Part shown: positions 18,510-28,045 of the stretch, piece after piece
How the letters are laid out: every line of letters starts with the position of its first letter
How positions within the stretch are numbered: the stretch's first letter is position 1
Virus record (IMG/VR): IMGVR_UViG_3300027373_000203
Location: 1-35,970 of that record
DNA from: a virus
Taxonomy: Duplodnaviria; Caudoviricetes
Direction: 5' to 3' (one strand)
Length of the DNA stretch: 35,970 bases
Position numbers and translations under genes: made by a program
Notes under the pieces: model-generated
What the model was told of the DNA's origin: nothing
The model's input: only the letters and a program-made list of their open reading frames with translations
The model's database searches: none

Positions 18510-18962
18510 ATGTCAAAGGCTAAAAACTCGTTGGGAGCTTCAATTTTTATTGAAACTGCTACTCCTGGAACATTCATCAAAGTTGGGGAGCTTTTAGACA
18601 TCCCTGGTATGCTTGGAGATAAAACAGGTCGTGTTGATGTCACCAACATGGATACAGTAGGCTATAAAGAATACATTTCAGATGGTTTGAAAGATGCCAC
18701 TGAATTTTCACTAGAGTGTAACTATATTGCTGATGATCCTGGTCAAGTTCGCGTATTTGAACTTGGTACTTCAAACGCAAACACAAAAATCAAACTCGAA
18801 TTAAATGACCAAATCACTCCAACAACAGGCTCAAAAACTATTGTAATTCGTGACGGTTATATTCCTGGTATTCCAAACATCGTACCTGCAAAAGGTGCTC
18901 AAACAAAACTCCAATTTTCTTTCCAACCATCAGGTGAGCCTGATATTACATTTGCGAGTTAA
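18510..18962 (+). CDS. Major tail tube protein
   Basis: VDVTNMD...KEYI.GLKD...F.LECNY..DDPGQ; AAGGAG RBS. Confidence 0.85.
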   Translation: MSKAKNSLGASIFIETATPGTFIKVGELLDIPGMLGDKTGRVDVTNMDTVGYKEYISDGLKDATEFSLECNYIADDPGQVRVFELGTSNANTKIKLELNDQITPTTGSKTIVIRDGYIPGIPNIVPAKGAQTKLQFSFQPSGEPDITFAS

Positions 18963-18964
18963 TC

Positions 18965-19366
18965 ATGCTTAATAGACAGTCAATTATTGAAGCAAATGAT
19001 ATTGGTACAGGAAAGATTAGTGTTCCTGAATGGGGTGGGGATGTTTATGTTAAATCCCCTAGCGTAAGGGAAAGAGACATTTTAGCTTTATATTCAAGAA
19101 AGTATTTAGAGGTAGTCACTGATAAAAAAGGTGAACCTATACTTGATGAAAATAAAAATCAAAAACTGAGATTTATTCAAGGTGAAGAAGCTGAAAAAGC
19201 ATTCTCTGATTTTAGACTTTATAAAGTCGGTTTTTCTCTTTGTGATGAAAATGGGGCACGCCTTTTTTCTGATGAAGATATTGAAACAATCTTAGCTAAA
19301 AAATCACCTGCATCTATTGATCGAGTGTTTGGTGAGATTGAAAAGGCTTTAGAAAAAAAGAGCTAA
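18965..19366 (+). CDS. Tail assembly chaperone (gpG-like)
   Basis: VPEWGGDVYVK, LCDENGARLF; ends at slippery A-AAA-AAG. Confidence 0.85.
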   Translation: MLNRQSIIEANDIGTGKISVPEWGGDVYVKSPSVRERDILALYSRKYLEVVTDKKGEPILDENKNQKLRFIQGEEAEKAFSDFRLYKVGFSLCDENGARLFSDEDIETILAKKSPASIDRVFGEIEKALEKKS

Positions 19367-19689
19367 CCGAGTCTAGAAAATTTCGTTTTCGTCTAGCGTT
19401 AAAGCTCGGTATGACGGTAGACCGCCTTGAACGTGAAATGTCAAGTGCAGAGCTAGATGAGTGGGTTGAGTTCTATAAATTAGAACCATTTGGGAATGAA
19501 GAGAAGATGAATGACTTTAGACAGGCTTCTCTTTGCTCAATTATAAAAAACATGATTGGCGCACAAACAAAGCCCGAAGATTTCATCATGTACAGATCAA
19601 AAGAAGAGAAATTAGACGTGGAAGATATGACAGAAGAGCAAATAAAAGAAGCTCAAAAAGCCATCTTCCAAATTTTTACAATAAGGTAG
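19354..19689 (+). CDS. gpT-like extension reached by -1 programmed frameshift
   Basis: A AAA AAG at 19354-19360; the -1 frame is open (ELTESRKFRFRLALKLG) and continues into the 19411 ORF (MTVDRLEREMSSAELDEW). Confidence 0.8.
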   Translation, partial: KKELTESRKFRFRLALKLGMTVDRLEREMSSAELDEWVEFYKLEPFGNEEKMNDFRQASLCSIIKNMIGAQTKPEDFIMYRSKEEKLDVEDMTEEQIKEAQKAIFQIFTIR

Positions 19690-19692
19690 ATA

Positions 19693-22600
19693 ATGGCACT
19701 TGGCAAACTCGACATAATTATTGCTGCTGATACTGCTCAAATCCGTAAGGATATGAACACAGCGGTTGGTATTATGCAGTCAGGTACAAAGGTTATGGAA
19801 AATGTTGCCAAGACTGCCGCAGCCACATTGGGCGGTTATTTCGCTTTTGATATGTTCAAAGCGCAAATACAGCAAACATTAGACTTCGCAGACAATCTTT
19901 CAAAACTATCACAAAAAACAGGCATTAGTACAGATGCATTATATTCTCTCAATGCAGCAGCTAAACTTTCAGATGTAGAGTTTGAGTCTTTATCAGGCTC
20001 TCTTTCAAAATTCAATAAGAACATTGGCGCTGCTTCTGAGGGAAGCGGAGATGCTAAAAAAGCTTTTGATAGCCTAGGTATTTCTGTAAAAAATCAAGAT
20101 GGAACGTTAAAAAATAGCTTTGAAATACTTGGAGAGCTTGCAGATCAATTTAAAGATATGCCTGATGGAGCTACAAAAGCAAGTACAGCTATGGCACTAT
20201 TTGGAAAATCAGGTGCAGAACTAATCCCTCTTTTAAATAGTGGTAGAGATTCTTTGAGAGAATATCTAGGCGTAATTGATAATGAAACAGGAAAGGCAGC
20301 AGAAGCTTTTAATGATTCTTTTACAAAAATGCATTTGGCTTCAAGCGCTCTTTATATGCAGTTTGTTAAAGAATTTGCACCTACGCTTTCTATATTATCA
20401 GAGGATTTTGATAATTTAACAAAAAGTAGTGATGGACTTAGTGGATCAATTTCGGGAAGTTTATCGTCTGCTATGAAAGGCATTGTTACGTGGGGATATG
20501 GCATTACTGCAGTATTTAAGACTGCAGGAGATGCATTAGGTAATTTTGGCGCATCTGCATCGTTACTAATGGAAGGTGATTTCAAAGCAGCAGGATACGC
20601 ATGGAATAGAATTTCATTAGATTTTACAAAAGATATTGATACGTTTGCTAAAAAATTAAATGATCTTGATAATGCAAAAGAATTATATGATCAAAAATAT
20701 AAAGATCAAGGAAGCGCAAAAGGTACAGGTTTATCCTATAAAACAAGTGCGATAAAAATATTCAACTCTACATTATCAGCTCAAATACAAGGTCTTGAAA
20801 AACAATTTGATATTAAAAAGCAAATTGAGGCTCTTAATATTGAATCTGCATTAAGAAATGAAGCTATATCAAAGCCAGAAGCGGAGAGGCTAAAAGAGAT
20901 CAATGATATTACTTCTCAGATAGCTAAAAATCAAGAAACAATCAATCTTCTAAAAACTAAAAAGTATGAAAGTGGTAGTACCGATCAATCAGCCGATCTT
21001 CAAAAAATGAGTGATCTTCAAAAAGAAGAAGAATTACTCATACTTAAAAAAGTGGCAGCAGAAGAGCGCTATAAAGCTACCGTAAAATCTGTCAATGAAG
21101 AGCTAATGATCTCTATTGGTGCTATCAATATGTCAGATGTTGATAAAAAGTATCAGGATTTATCAAAAAGCGTTCAAGACTTAATTAACAAAGGTGCAGA
21201 TTTAAAACTCGTTGGAGAGTACGCTACAAAACTAGCAGATCAAATTGAACGTGATGGCGCATACACTCATTTGCAAACAGAGCTAGACATTAGAAGTCAA
21301 ATAGCAGAAGTTAGCCTATATGGTGCACAAAAAGAAACAGCTTTAGAGCAGATTCGACATGATGGAGTAATGGCAAATTTAAGCCGTGAACTTGAAACAA
21401 AAAAGCTAAATGCAGATGAATATTTGAATCTATTAGCAATCGAAAACCAACGCCACGCTCAAAATAGTGACTCATTCTATAAATTCATGCTTGATGCGTT
21501 TAATAACATTGAAAAAGCGATGGATGAAAACTTCTTTAATGCGATGACAGGCAAGTTTAAATCCTTTGGAGAATGGTTAAAAGACCTTTTCAAAAATATT
21601 GGTACGTCTATCGCACAAGGACTTAGCAGAACAATTGCAGGTAATATCACTCAGACTTTAGAGGGTGGCATCGTTAATATGTACCGCTCATATAGTGGTA
21701 TTGGAACTTCTGCTTCATTGGTAGGATCAACACTAAGTGCTAGTGATATGAGTTCACTCCTTAGTTCAGGTGCAACTGTAAGTGATGGAGTTATTAAAAC
21801 AGCAGGCGGTACTGTAATCGATCAAGCAAGCGGAACAGTTACAAGCCAAGGAAGCGATACATTATCTCTGTTAAATACAGCCTCATCTTTAAAAACAGTT
21901 TATAACACATTGACAGGTGGAATAAGCTCAACAATTATGAGTGGATTTAATAGTGTTGCTGACATTCTTGCAGGTCAAGGTTATTGGAGCGCTGCAAGTG
22001 GTGTATCTAATTTTGGATATGGAGTAGCAAACCCATTTAGTTATGGAGCAGGTAGTGGAGCATTTGGATCAACAACGGCAGGTGCAGCACTAAGCGGTAC
22101 ACTAATGGGTGGATTGGCAGGGTATGGAATTGGCTCTTTAGGAGATAAAATCTTCGGAGCTTCTACCTATGCAGGAACGACTGGTGCAATCGGTGGCGCA
22201 TTAGGTGGTCTTGGTGGTGCGCTTGGTTTATGGGGTGGTCCAATAGGAATTATCGCAGGATCAATTATTGGATCAGTACTTGGCGGTATTTTTGGTAAAA
22301 CAAAACAAACAGGCGCAGGTATTGACATCTTAGGCAATGCAACAGCGCAAGATGCATCAGGTCAATATTGGCAAAGCTATAGTAAAAAATCATGGTTTAG
22401 TTCTAAGTCTTGGACGAATTACACTCCATTTAGCGATGAAGAAATCAAAGCTATTAAGAGCACTATTGGCGTTTATGATTATCTTTTAGAACAGTTAGGA
22501 AACTATAACGATCTTGTTGTTTCAGGTGGTCGTTTTTCAAATTTACAAAGCTTTCTAGACACTAATGTTGTACAAGCATTCTTAGTCTCCATTAACCCAA

Positions 22601-23169
22601 ATAACTTAAGCACAATCTATCAAAGCTGGGTAGATTATGCGGCAGAAATTGATAAAACGATTACCGAAGCTATATCAACTGCTGTAAGTGGATATACAAC
22701 GTATAAACGAGGCTATACAGAGTGGTTTTTAGGTAGCGGAACTGTTGAACAATTAGCGTTTACATCAAACTATTTACAAAAAGACTTCGAGGCGTTGGCT
22801 TCAAGTCTAGGTGCAAGCTCTGTAACCGTTGATAACTTCTTATCAATGTATGATGAAGCAATTAAAAATAACTTCACACAAGATACTATCGAGGCATGGG
22901 CTAGTCTTGGCGATGCACTCATGAAGTCAACTGATGCAACAAAGAAGTACAAAGATGCACTTGATAGTCTAAACGGTAGCACAACGTATTCATTGCCAGT
23001 TGATACGATGCTCACAAAGGTAAACAATACCTCACAGCAGATTGATCTTAAGCAATTAGTTACCACGCAAACAGGACAGAATGACACCGTAATCAATCTT
23101 TTAGTTCAAAGTGTAAAAACATTGCAATCTATTCTAAAAGAGGCGCAATTTGGAAAGGCTATCGTATGA
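19693..23169 (+). CDS. Tape measure protein
   Basis: 1158 aa, helical, Gly-rich hydrophobic segment, follows the chaperones. Confidence 0.92.
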   Translation: MALGKLDIIIAADTAQIRKDMNTAVGIMQSGTKVMENVAKTAAATLGGYFAFDMFKAQIQQTLDFADNLSKLSQKTGISTDALYSLNAAAKLSDVEFESLSGSLSKFNKNIGAASEGSGDAKKAFDSLGISVKNQDGTLKNSFEILGELADQFKDMPDGATKASTAMALFGKSGAELIPLLNSGRDSLREYLGVIDNETGKAAEAFNDSFTKMHLASSALYMQFVKEFAPTLSILSEDFDNLTKSSDGLSGSISGSLSSAMKGIVTWGYGITAVFKTAGDALGNFGASASLLMEGDFKAAGYAWNRISLDFTKDIDTFAKKLNDLDNAKELYDQKYKDQGSAKGTGLSYKTSAIKIFNSTLSAQIQGLEKQFDIKKQIEALNIESALRNEAISKPEAERLKEINDITSQIAKNQETINLLKTKKYESGSTDQSADLQKMSDLQKEEELLILKKVAAEERYKATVKSVNEELMISIGAINMSDVDKKYQDLSKSVQDLINKGADLKLVGEYATKLADQIERDGAYTHLQTELDIRSQIAEVSLYGAQKETALEQIRHDGVMANLSRELETKKLNADEYLNLLAIENQRHAQNSDSFYKFMLDAFNNIEKAMDENFFNAMTGKFKSFGEWLKDLFKNIGTSIAQGLSRTIAGNITQTLEGGIVNMYRSYSGIGTSASLVGSTLSASDMSSLLSSGATVSDGVIKTAGGTVIDQASGTVTSQGSDTLSLLNTASSLKTVYNTLTGGISSTIMSGFNSVADILAGQGYWSAASGVSNFGYGVANPFSYGAGSGAFGSTTAGAALSGTLMGGLAGYGIGSLGDKIFGASTYAGTTGAIGGALGGLGGALGLWGGPIGIIAGSIIGSVLGGIFGKTKQTGAGIDILGNATAQDASGQYWQSYSKKSWFSSKSWTNYTPFSDEEIKAIKSTIGVYDYLLEQLGNYNDLVVSGGRFSNLQSFLDTNVVQAFLVSINPNNLSTIYQSWVDYAAEIDKTITEAISTAVSGYTTYKRGYTEWFLGSGTVEQLAFTSNYLQKDFEALASSLGASSVTVDNFLSMYDEAIKNNFTQDTIEAWASLGDALMKSTDATKKYKDALDSLNGSTTYSLPVDTMLTKVNNTSQQIDLKQLVTTQTGQNDTVINLLVQSVKTLQSILKEAQFGKAIV

Positions 23170-24071
23170 AAATACTATTCCCACAAGCATTTACGCTCAA
23201 TTCTTCAAACATTGGAGATTCTTCATATGCTAATTGGAATATAAGTACTGCTTACGCTGTTGGCGCTTTTGTATATATCCCTGACAATTATGGAGAGTAT
23301 AAATGTTTAGTTGCCAATACGGGTGTCGATCCTAGAACTTCTATTTATGATGCCACAAAAAATCCAAATGGAAAATGGTTATTTTTAGGCACAACAAACA
23401 AGTACAAAATGTTTGATAAATACCTCACGTCCCAAAGCGTTAGAAATGGAAACATAACTGTGGAAATGTTGGCGTATGAGTCACAAGCTATTTATCTTGG
23501 AAACTTAGATGCCCAAAGCGTAACTATCCAGGTTATCGACAACAACACACATCAAGTCATTGAAACTTTTACAAAAAATTTGATTAGAGATGTTTCCGAT
23601 GCTTTTGATTATGGATATGGTGATTGGATTGAAAACAGAAAAACACAGTTTGTCTATGAGCGCACCACAGCGACACGTGACATCTCACTTATAATTGAGA
23701 TCAATAACGGATCAAGCGATGCAAAGTGCGGTATTTTTTGTTGCGGAAAAGTCAAAGAAGTAGGCATTACAAAATTGGGAGTTAGTGTAGGAGCGTTGGA
23801 TTATTCAACAGTAGCAACAGACACTTCAACTGGTGACACTTCTTTAGTAGAAGGAAACTATGCACCAACACTCGATTTGGATTTATTCACTCCAACAAAA
23901 AATGCTATGGCTCTTAATAAGATACTTAACTATGCAAGAGGGAAGGGTGTTGTATTCATGGCAGGGTATTCTGATGATTTACTCGTCTATGGGTACAAAC
24001 AAAAACACTCTACACTCATGAGTGGACCAGTAGAAACTATTATCACGGTAAACATAATTGGATTAACTTAG
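23166..24071 (+). CDS. Tail-tip protein with N-terminal carbohydrate-binding-like motif
   Basis: W...TAYAVG..V.....Y.C CBM5/12-like pattern; position after tape measure. Confidence 0.65.
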   Translation: MKILFPQAFTLNSSNIGDSSYANWNISTAYAVGAFVYIPDNYGEYKCLVANTGVDPRTSIYDATKNPNGKWLFLGTTNKYKMFDKYLTSQSVRNGNITVEMLAYESQAIYLGNLDAQSVTIQVIDNNTHQVIETFTKNLIRDVSDAFDYGYGDWIENRKTQFVYERTTATRDISLIIEINNGSSDAKCGIFCCGKVKEVGITKLGVSVGALDYSTVATDTSTGDTSLVEGNYAPTLDLDLFTPTKNAMALNKILNYARGKGVVFMAGYSDDLLVYGYKQKHSTLMSGPVETIITVNIIGLT

Positions 24072-24079
24072 GAGAAAAT

Positions 24080-25021
24080 ATGATAGATCAAACATTAACC
24101 ACACCACCTACCGCACCAAGCAGTAACGATATACCAACTTTTAGAACACGATTTGATGCGTTTATTGCATGGATTGTTACTTTTGTTACGCAATTAACAA
24201 CCGTAATTTCTCAAATGAACAGTACTGCTTCAACAATTAATGATAAAGAAGCAAGTGCTGTAAATGCATCTATTATTTCTGTTGCTGCAGCAAATTTTAA
24301 AGGAACATATACCAATCAAACGACACAAATAGGGGAGTCTTACCTATGGAATAGTGTTATTTATTTAGTTCTAGTTGCAGGCAATACTTCCCCTACTACT
24401 TCTCCATCAAATTGGAAAGCAATAGGACAAATATCAGATCAAATTCATGCTTCTACTTCAAAAACACCTCCAGTAGATGCCGATGAGTTTGGAATATGGG
24501 ATAGTGTAAGTTCATCATTAAAAAAACTTACATGGGCTAATTTAAAAGCGACAATTATTGCTTCTTTTGGTGTTATGGTAAATACACTAACTTCTAAAAC
24601 AACACTTGCAGATGGAGATATTATACCAATTGGTGATAGTGCTTCTAGTTTTGCAAGCAAATATTTAACATGGGCTAATTTAAAATCAAATTTAGTAGCG
24701 TATCTTACGACTACAACTGGGTTTTCTATTTCACTTTCAACAAATGGATATATAAAATTTCCTTCATGGCTAGGAAGCTTAATCATTCAATGGGGAATTT
24801 CAGGAAATATATCGGTTGATACATCCTCAACAGTTACGTTGCCTATAGCTTTCCCTAGTGCTTTAGTTGCTTTAACATGTAACCCATCAAGTTGGACTAG
24901 TGCATCATCTTATAGTACAGGGTCTTGGTCAGCTTCAAAAGTTAGTCTTTCGCAAATTTCTATCAATAACAGAACAAATATCAATAGTGGAACATTCTAT
25001 TGGATAGCAATAGGTTACTAG
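24080..25021 (+). CDS. Tail fibre/receptor-binding protein
   Basis: C-terminal GYIKFP...LIIQWG..LPIAFP..YWIAIGY fibre-tip motif; duplicated LTWANLK module. Confidence 0.8.
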   Translation: MIDQTLTTPPTAPSSNDIPTFRTRFDAFIAWIVTFVTQLTTVISQMNSTASTINDKEASAVNASIISVAAANFKGTYTNQTTQIGESYLWNSVIYLVLVAGNTSPTTSPSNWKAIGQISDQIHASTSKTPPVDADEFGIWDSVSSSLKKLTWANLKATIIASFGVMVNTLTSKTTLADGDIIPIGDSASSFASKYLTWANLKSNLVAYLTTTTGFSISLSTNGYIKFPSWLGSLIIQWGISGNISVDTSSTVTLPIAFPSALVALTCNPSSWTSASSYSTGSWSASKVSLSQISINNRTNINSGTFYWIAIGY

Positions 25022-25030
25022 GGGAAAAGA

Positions 25031-25510
25031 ATGGAAATCAAATATTATGCTCATGTCGATGGGAGAGGACAATTAAAAGGTTGGTACAACACAGGCATTT
25101 ATTTAGTAAAAGATATTCCTACACCAAATATAGAAATATCAAAAGAGGTATGGAAATTAGCAGTAGCCAATAATCATAATAAAATTAATGATGATGGCAC
25201 AACGGAATCTTTTGATTTTAGAACAGCAGAAGAAAAAGCACAGCAAGAAATATTTTTTAAAAAAGCTGAAATAAATAGGCAATTATCAACTCTTACGGTT
25301 ACCACATCAAGTGGAAATACTTTTGATGCGTATATCCAAGCTCGTCAAGATATGGCAGATGCAATTCTTGCCAGTTCAACGCTTGGAGTAACTGAAACAG
25401 CATGGAGAATGGCTGATAATTCAGAGGTACTAATTACCCTCGATGAACTCAAAGAAGCTCATGCACTAGCTATTCAAGAATACGCAAGAATTAAAGGTAT
25501 TGTGGTTTAA
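25031..25510 (+). CDS. Tail fibre assembly protein (DUF4376-like)
   Basis: WRMADNSEV.ITLDELKEA; follows the fibre gene. Confidence 0.65.
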   Translation: MEIKYYAHVDGRGQLKGWYNTGIYLVKDIPTPNIEISKEVWKLAVANNHNKINDDGTTESFDFRTAEEKAQQEIFFKKAEINRQLSTLTVTTSSGNTFDAYIQARQDMADAILASSTLGVTETAWRMADNSEVLITLDELKEAHALAIQEYARIKGIVV

Positions 25511-25945
25511 ATGGAAAAGCAATCAACAGCACTCAATTTATTTATGTTACCGCTTGCATCCCTGGTGCAATTCTTGGAGATTGATGCGAAGAAGCTATCA
25601 ATCTTAGTCATTCTAATGTGCATCGATATGTTAACTGGAACATTCAAGGCATATCGCACTAAAGAGAATATCACATCACGTAGATGGATAGCAGGGTTTT
25701 TGAGTAAATTGGTTGTGTTGCTTGTACCGTTTACGATTGCGCTCATGGCTAAGGGTGTGGACTTTGATGTGAAGTGGTTTATTGGTTTTTCTCTCTCCAT
25801 TATGGTCATTGCAGAGGCGTATAGTATTTTAGGAAACATTTACACGTTTAAAACTGGTGAAGCGGTAGCAGAGATCGATGCTGTATCAGCGATTATTAAA
25901 GTGCTTAGAAATTTCCTTGAAAATATGATTGAAAGGGGTAGATAA
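25511..25945 (+). CDS. Holin
   Basis: IDMLTG..KA...ITS....GFLSK, EAYSILGN, hydrophobic segments (phage holin 4-1 type). Confidence 0.8.
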   Translation: MEKQSTALNLFMLPLASLVQFLEIDAKKLSILVILMCIDMLTGTFKAYRTKENITSRRWIAGFLSKLVVLLVPFTIALMAKGVDFDVKWFIGFSLSIMVIAEAYSILGNIYTFKTGEAVAEIDAVSAIIKVLRNFLENMIERGR

Positions 25946-26277
25946 TGTTTAGAGTATTTCAATTTATTATGGTTTGGAGTATGGAATTAGTATTTCCTTT
26001 TGTTGTATCTATTATTTATTTTCTAATATATAAAGATATTCAATTAAGCGCTATTACGCTCTTATCAATGTTTATAGTATTCAAAATAGGATCATTAAAA
26101 AAGTATGAGTCTGTTTTAATGCTTATTAGTCCTTTTGTAATTTTGGCTATATCAATATTTCTTTCATGCCATTATTTAACAGGTACTTTGTTTTGGATTA
26201 TGTTTTTTGTTTTAGTATTGGCAACTATTGTTCATGGCGCTTTTATAGTCATGTTTAAATCTCTCAATATTCAGTAG
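25945..26277 (+). CDS. Multi-pass membrane protein of unknown function
   Basis: About four hydrophobic segments in 110 aa; TAATG coupling to the holin. Confidence 0.65.
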   Translation: MFRVFQFIMVWSMELVFPFVVSIIYFLIYKDIQLSAITLLSMFIVFKIGSLKKYESVLMLISPFVILAISIFLSCHYLTGTLFWIMFFVLVLATIVHGAFIVMFKSLNIQ

Positions 26278-26284
26278 GTGCTAT

Positions 26285-26683
26285 ATGTTTCCCATAGCTC
26301 TTACAGCCATTAAAACATTTCTTGGCAATCAACTCAACGCACTTTCATACATCCTAATTGCTGCGCTTATTTCCTCTTTAGGTTGGAGCGCTTCATTGAA
26401 GATGAACGTATGGAGTTTAGAGAGTGACTTAAAAACATGCAAAGATGAAAAAAAGAAAGTGGAAGATGAAAACGGATACTTACTCACCGATAAAGCACGA
26501 TATGAAAATGCTATTGCCATCGGTAAAGAACAGCAAGAAGAGAAGATCGTTTACGTTGATAAAGAAGTAGAAAAGATCAAATGGAAAACAGAAATTAAAA
26601 TAAAAACGATAAAGGAGTACGTAAAAGATGAAAACCTCACTGATTGTCAAAATGCTATGGCTTTTGCTCGCAGTTTTTTTTAG
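26285..26683 (+). CDS. Inner-membrane spanin (Rz-like)
   Basis: N-terminal TM, coiled coil, overlaps a lipoprotein gene. Confidence 0.65.
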   Translation: MFPIALTAIKTFLGNQLNALSYILIAALISSLGWSASLKMNVWSLESDLKTCKDEKKKVEDENGYLLTDKARYENAIAIGKEQQEEKIVYVDKEVEKIKWKTEIKIKTIKEYVKDENLTDCQNAMAFARSFF

Positions 26684-26873
26684 TGGATGTGCTCAAAAAG
26701 AAGTGGTGTATGTGCCTCAAAAATGCTTAGTTGAAAAGCCAAAGCAATTCGTTATTTTAGATTGTAGAAACATTGAGAGTGATCTTGGATTTATGCAGTG
26801 CGTAGCAGAAAACTATGAAAATGGACAAGCAAATTATGAAATGCTAGAGAAAGCATTTGAGGGGTGTAAATGA
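26628..26873 (+). CDS. Outer-membrane spanin lipoprotein (Rz1-like)
   Basis: Lipobox LLAVFFSG-C; overlaps the 3' end of the Rz-like gene. Confidence 0.7.
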   Translation: MKTSLIVKMLWLLLAVFFSGCAQKEVVYVPQKCLVEKPKQFVILDCRNIESDLGFMQCVAENYENGQANYEMLEKAFEGCK

Positions 26874-27343
26874 ATTTAGAAATGAGTATTGCTCTAGAAT
26901 TAGTCAAAGAAGCAGAAGGATTTTATCCAAACACATATCGTTGTTCTGCCGGTAAACTTACACAAGGTTATGGACGTAACCTTGAAGTACATCCTCTCAC
27001 AGAAGAAGAAAAATTAGAGTTAAATGAAGATGGAACAGTCAGCGAGTTTATTGCTTCAAAATGGGCGCTTAAAGAGCTACAAGAATGCAAAGAAAAACTT
27101 ATGTCAAATATCATATATCAAAAGCAAACAGAAGTTAGAAAAGCGGTACTTTTGGATATGTGCTTCAATATCGGTTATTCAGGGTTGATGAAATTTAAAA
27201 AAATGTGGTTTGCATTGGGAGATAGAGACTATACAACGGCAAGTCGTGAGATGAAAGATAGCTCATGGTATGTTCAAGTTGGAACTAGGGGAAAGCGTAA
27301 CGTAACTATTATGGCTTCAAATATAATAGTGAAGAAAGATTAA
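26870..27343 (+). CDS. Endolysin (GH24/T4-lysozyme-like)
   Basis: EGF...YRCSAGKLTQGYG, LDMCFNIG, EMKDSSWYVQVGTR. Confidence 0.88.
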   Translation: MNLEMSIALELVKEAEGFYPNTYRCSAGKLTQGYGRNLEVHPLTEEEKLELNEDGTVSEFIASKWALKELQECKEKLMSNIIYQKQTEVRKAVLLDMCFNIGYSGLMKFKKMWFALGDRDYTTASREMKDSSWYVQVGTRGKRNVTIMASNIIVKKD

Positions 27344-27365
27344 ATTTTTAGAGATACTATTTGTT

Positions 27366-27557
27366 TTATAAAAATAAATGGCTATTATCAAGCATTTCAG
27401 ATCTTAATTTTTCAACACTTTTATGTTCAAAATAGCGTGCAATTATATTATCAATAATATTGTATTCTTTTGAAAAGAAGTCATATTCATTTCTTTTATT
27501 AATACATAGTGAAAGCAATAGAACATAATTTTGTATAGCTATATTATCTATTTGCAC
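27366..27557 (-). CDS. Hypothetical protein
   Basis: 63-aa ORF overlapping the nuclease stop; start uncertain. Confidence 0.4.
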   Translation of the reverse strand: MQIDNIAIQNYVLLLSLCINKRNEYDFFSKEYNIIDNIIARYFEHKSVEKLRSEMLDNSHLFL

Positions 27558-28045
27558 AATTTACTCATTACTTCAAAATCAATGCTCCACAGCCCTTTTT
27601 TTGAATCTTTAGCTTCTTGGAGTACATTATCAAGCTCTTTAGGGTATTTCGCCTTTTTATAGATGCAGGAGTAACCATCTTTGATGATCTGCGTTGAATA
27701 GTCAATACCGTTTTTGCTGACCGTTCCAAGCATACGTCCATATTGATCTTTTTTATCAGATGTTACGTTTACTTTATCGCCTGTTTGGAAGAACTTCGCA
27801 GCGTAACCACTTGATAGTTTTCCTGGCTCTTGTTCTTTGTCGGCTGATATTCCTGCTTTCTTTGCATCTTTCTCTAGTTTAGCGCCACCATACTTTTCAG
27901 GAGTATCGATATATAGAATACGGATTTTTTCTTCTTTACCGTTCATCTTAACATGTAGTGTATCACCATCTGTTACGTGTGTAACGATTGCTTCTGTGGC
28001 GAAAGATAGCGTGAAAAGTAGTGAGAGTAATAGTAATTTATGCAT
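27548..28045 (-). CDS. Exported thermonuclease (SNase family)
   Basis: Signal peptide MHKLLLLSLLFTLSFA; VTDGDT, IRILYIDTPE, DQYGRMLG, AK..KKGLW. Confidence 0.92.
   Translation of the reverse strand: MHKLLLLSLLFTLSFATEAIVTHVTDGDTLHVKMNGKEEKIRILYIDTPEKYGGAKLEKDAKKAGISADKEQEPGKLSSGYAAKFFQTGDKVNVTSDKKDQYGRMLGTVSKNGIDYSTQIIKDGYSCIYKKAKYPKELDNVLQEAKDSKKGLWSIDFEVMSKLCK

Noticed and set aside
24080-25021. Diversity-generating retroelement or invertible fibre cassette
   Set aside because: No reverse transcriptase, template repeat, invertase or inverted alternative tip in the window.
4710-26520. Minus-strand track ORFs across the early and structural genes (e.g. 8553-8978, 13653-13922, 22770-23096, 24445-24786)
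   Set aside because: Antisense shadows of well-supported genes, with no recognisable motifs.
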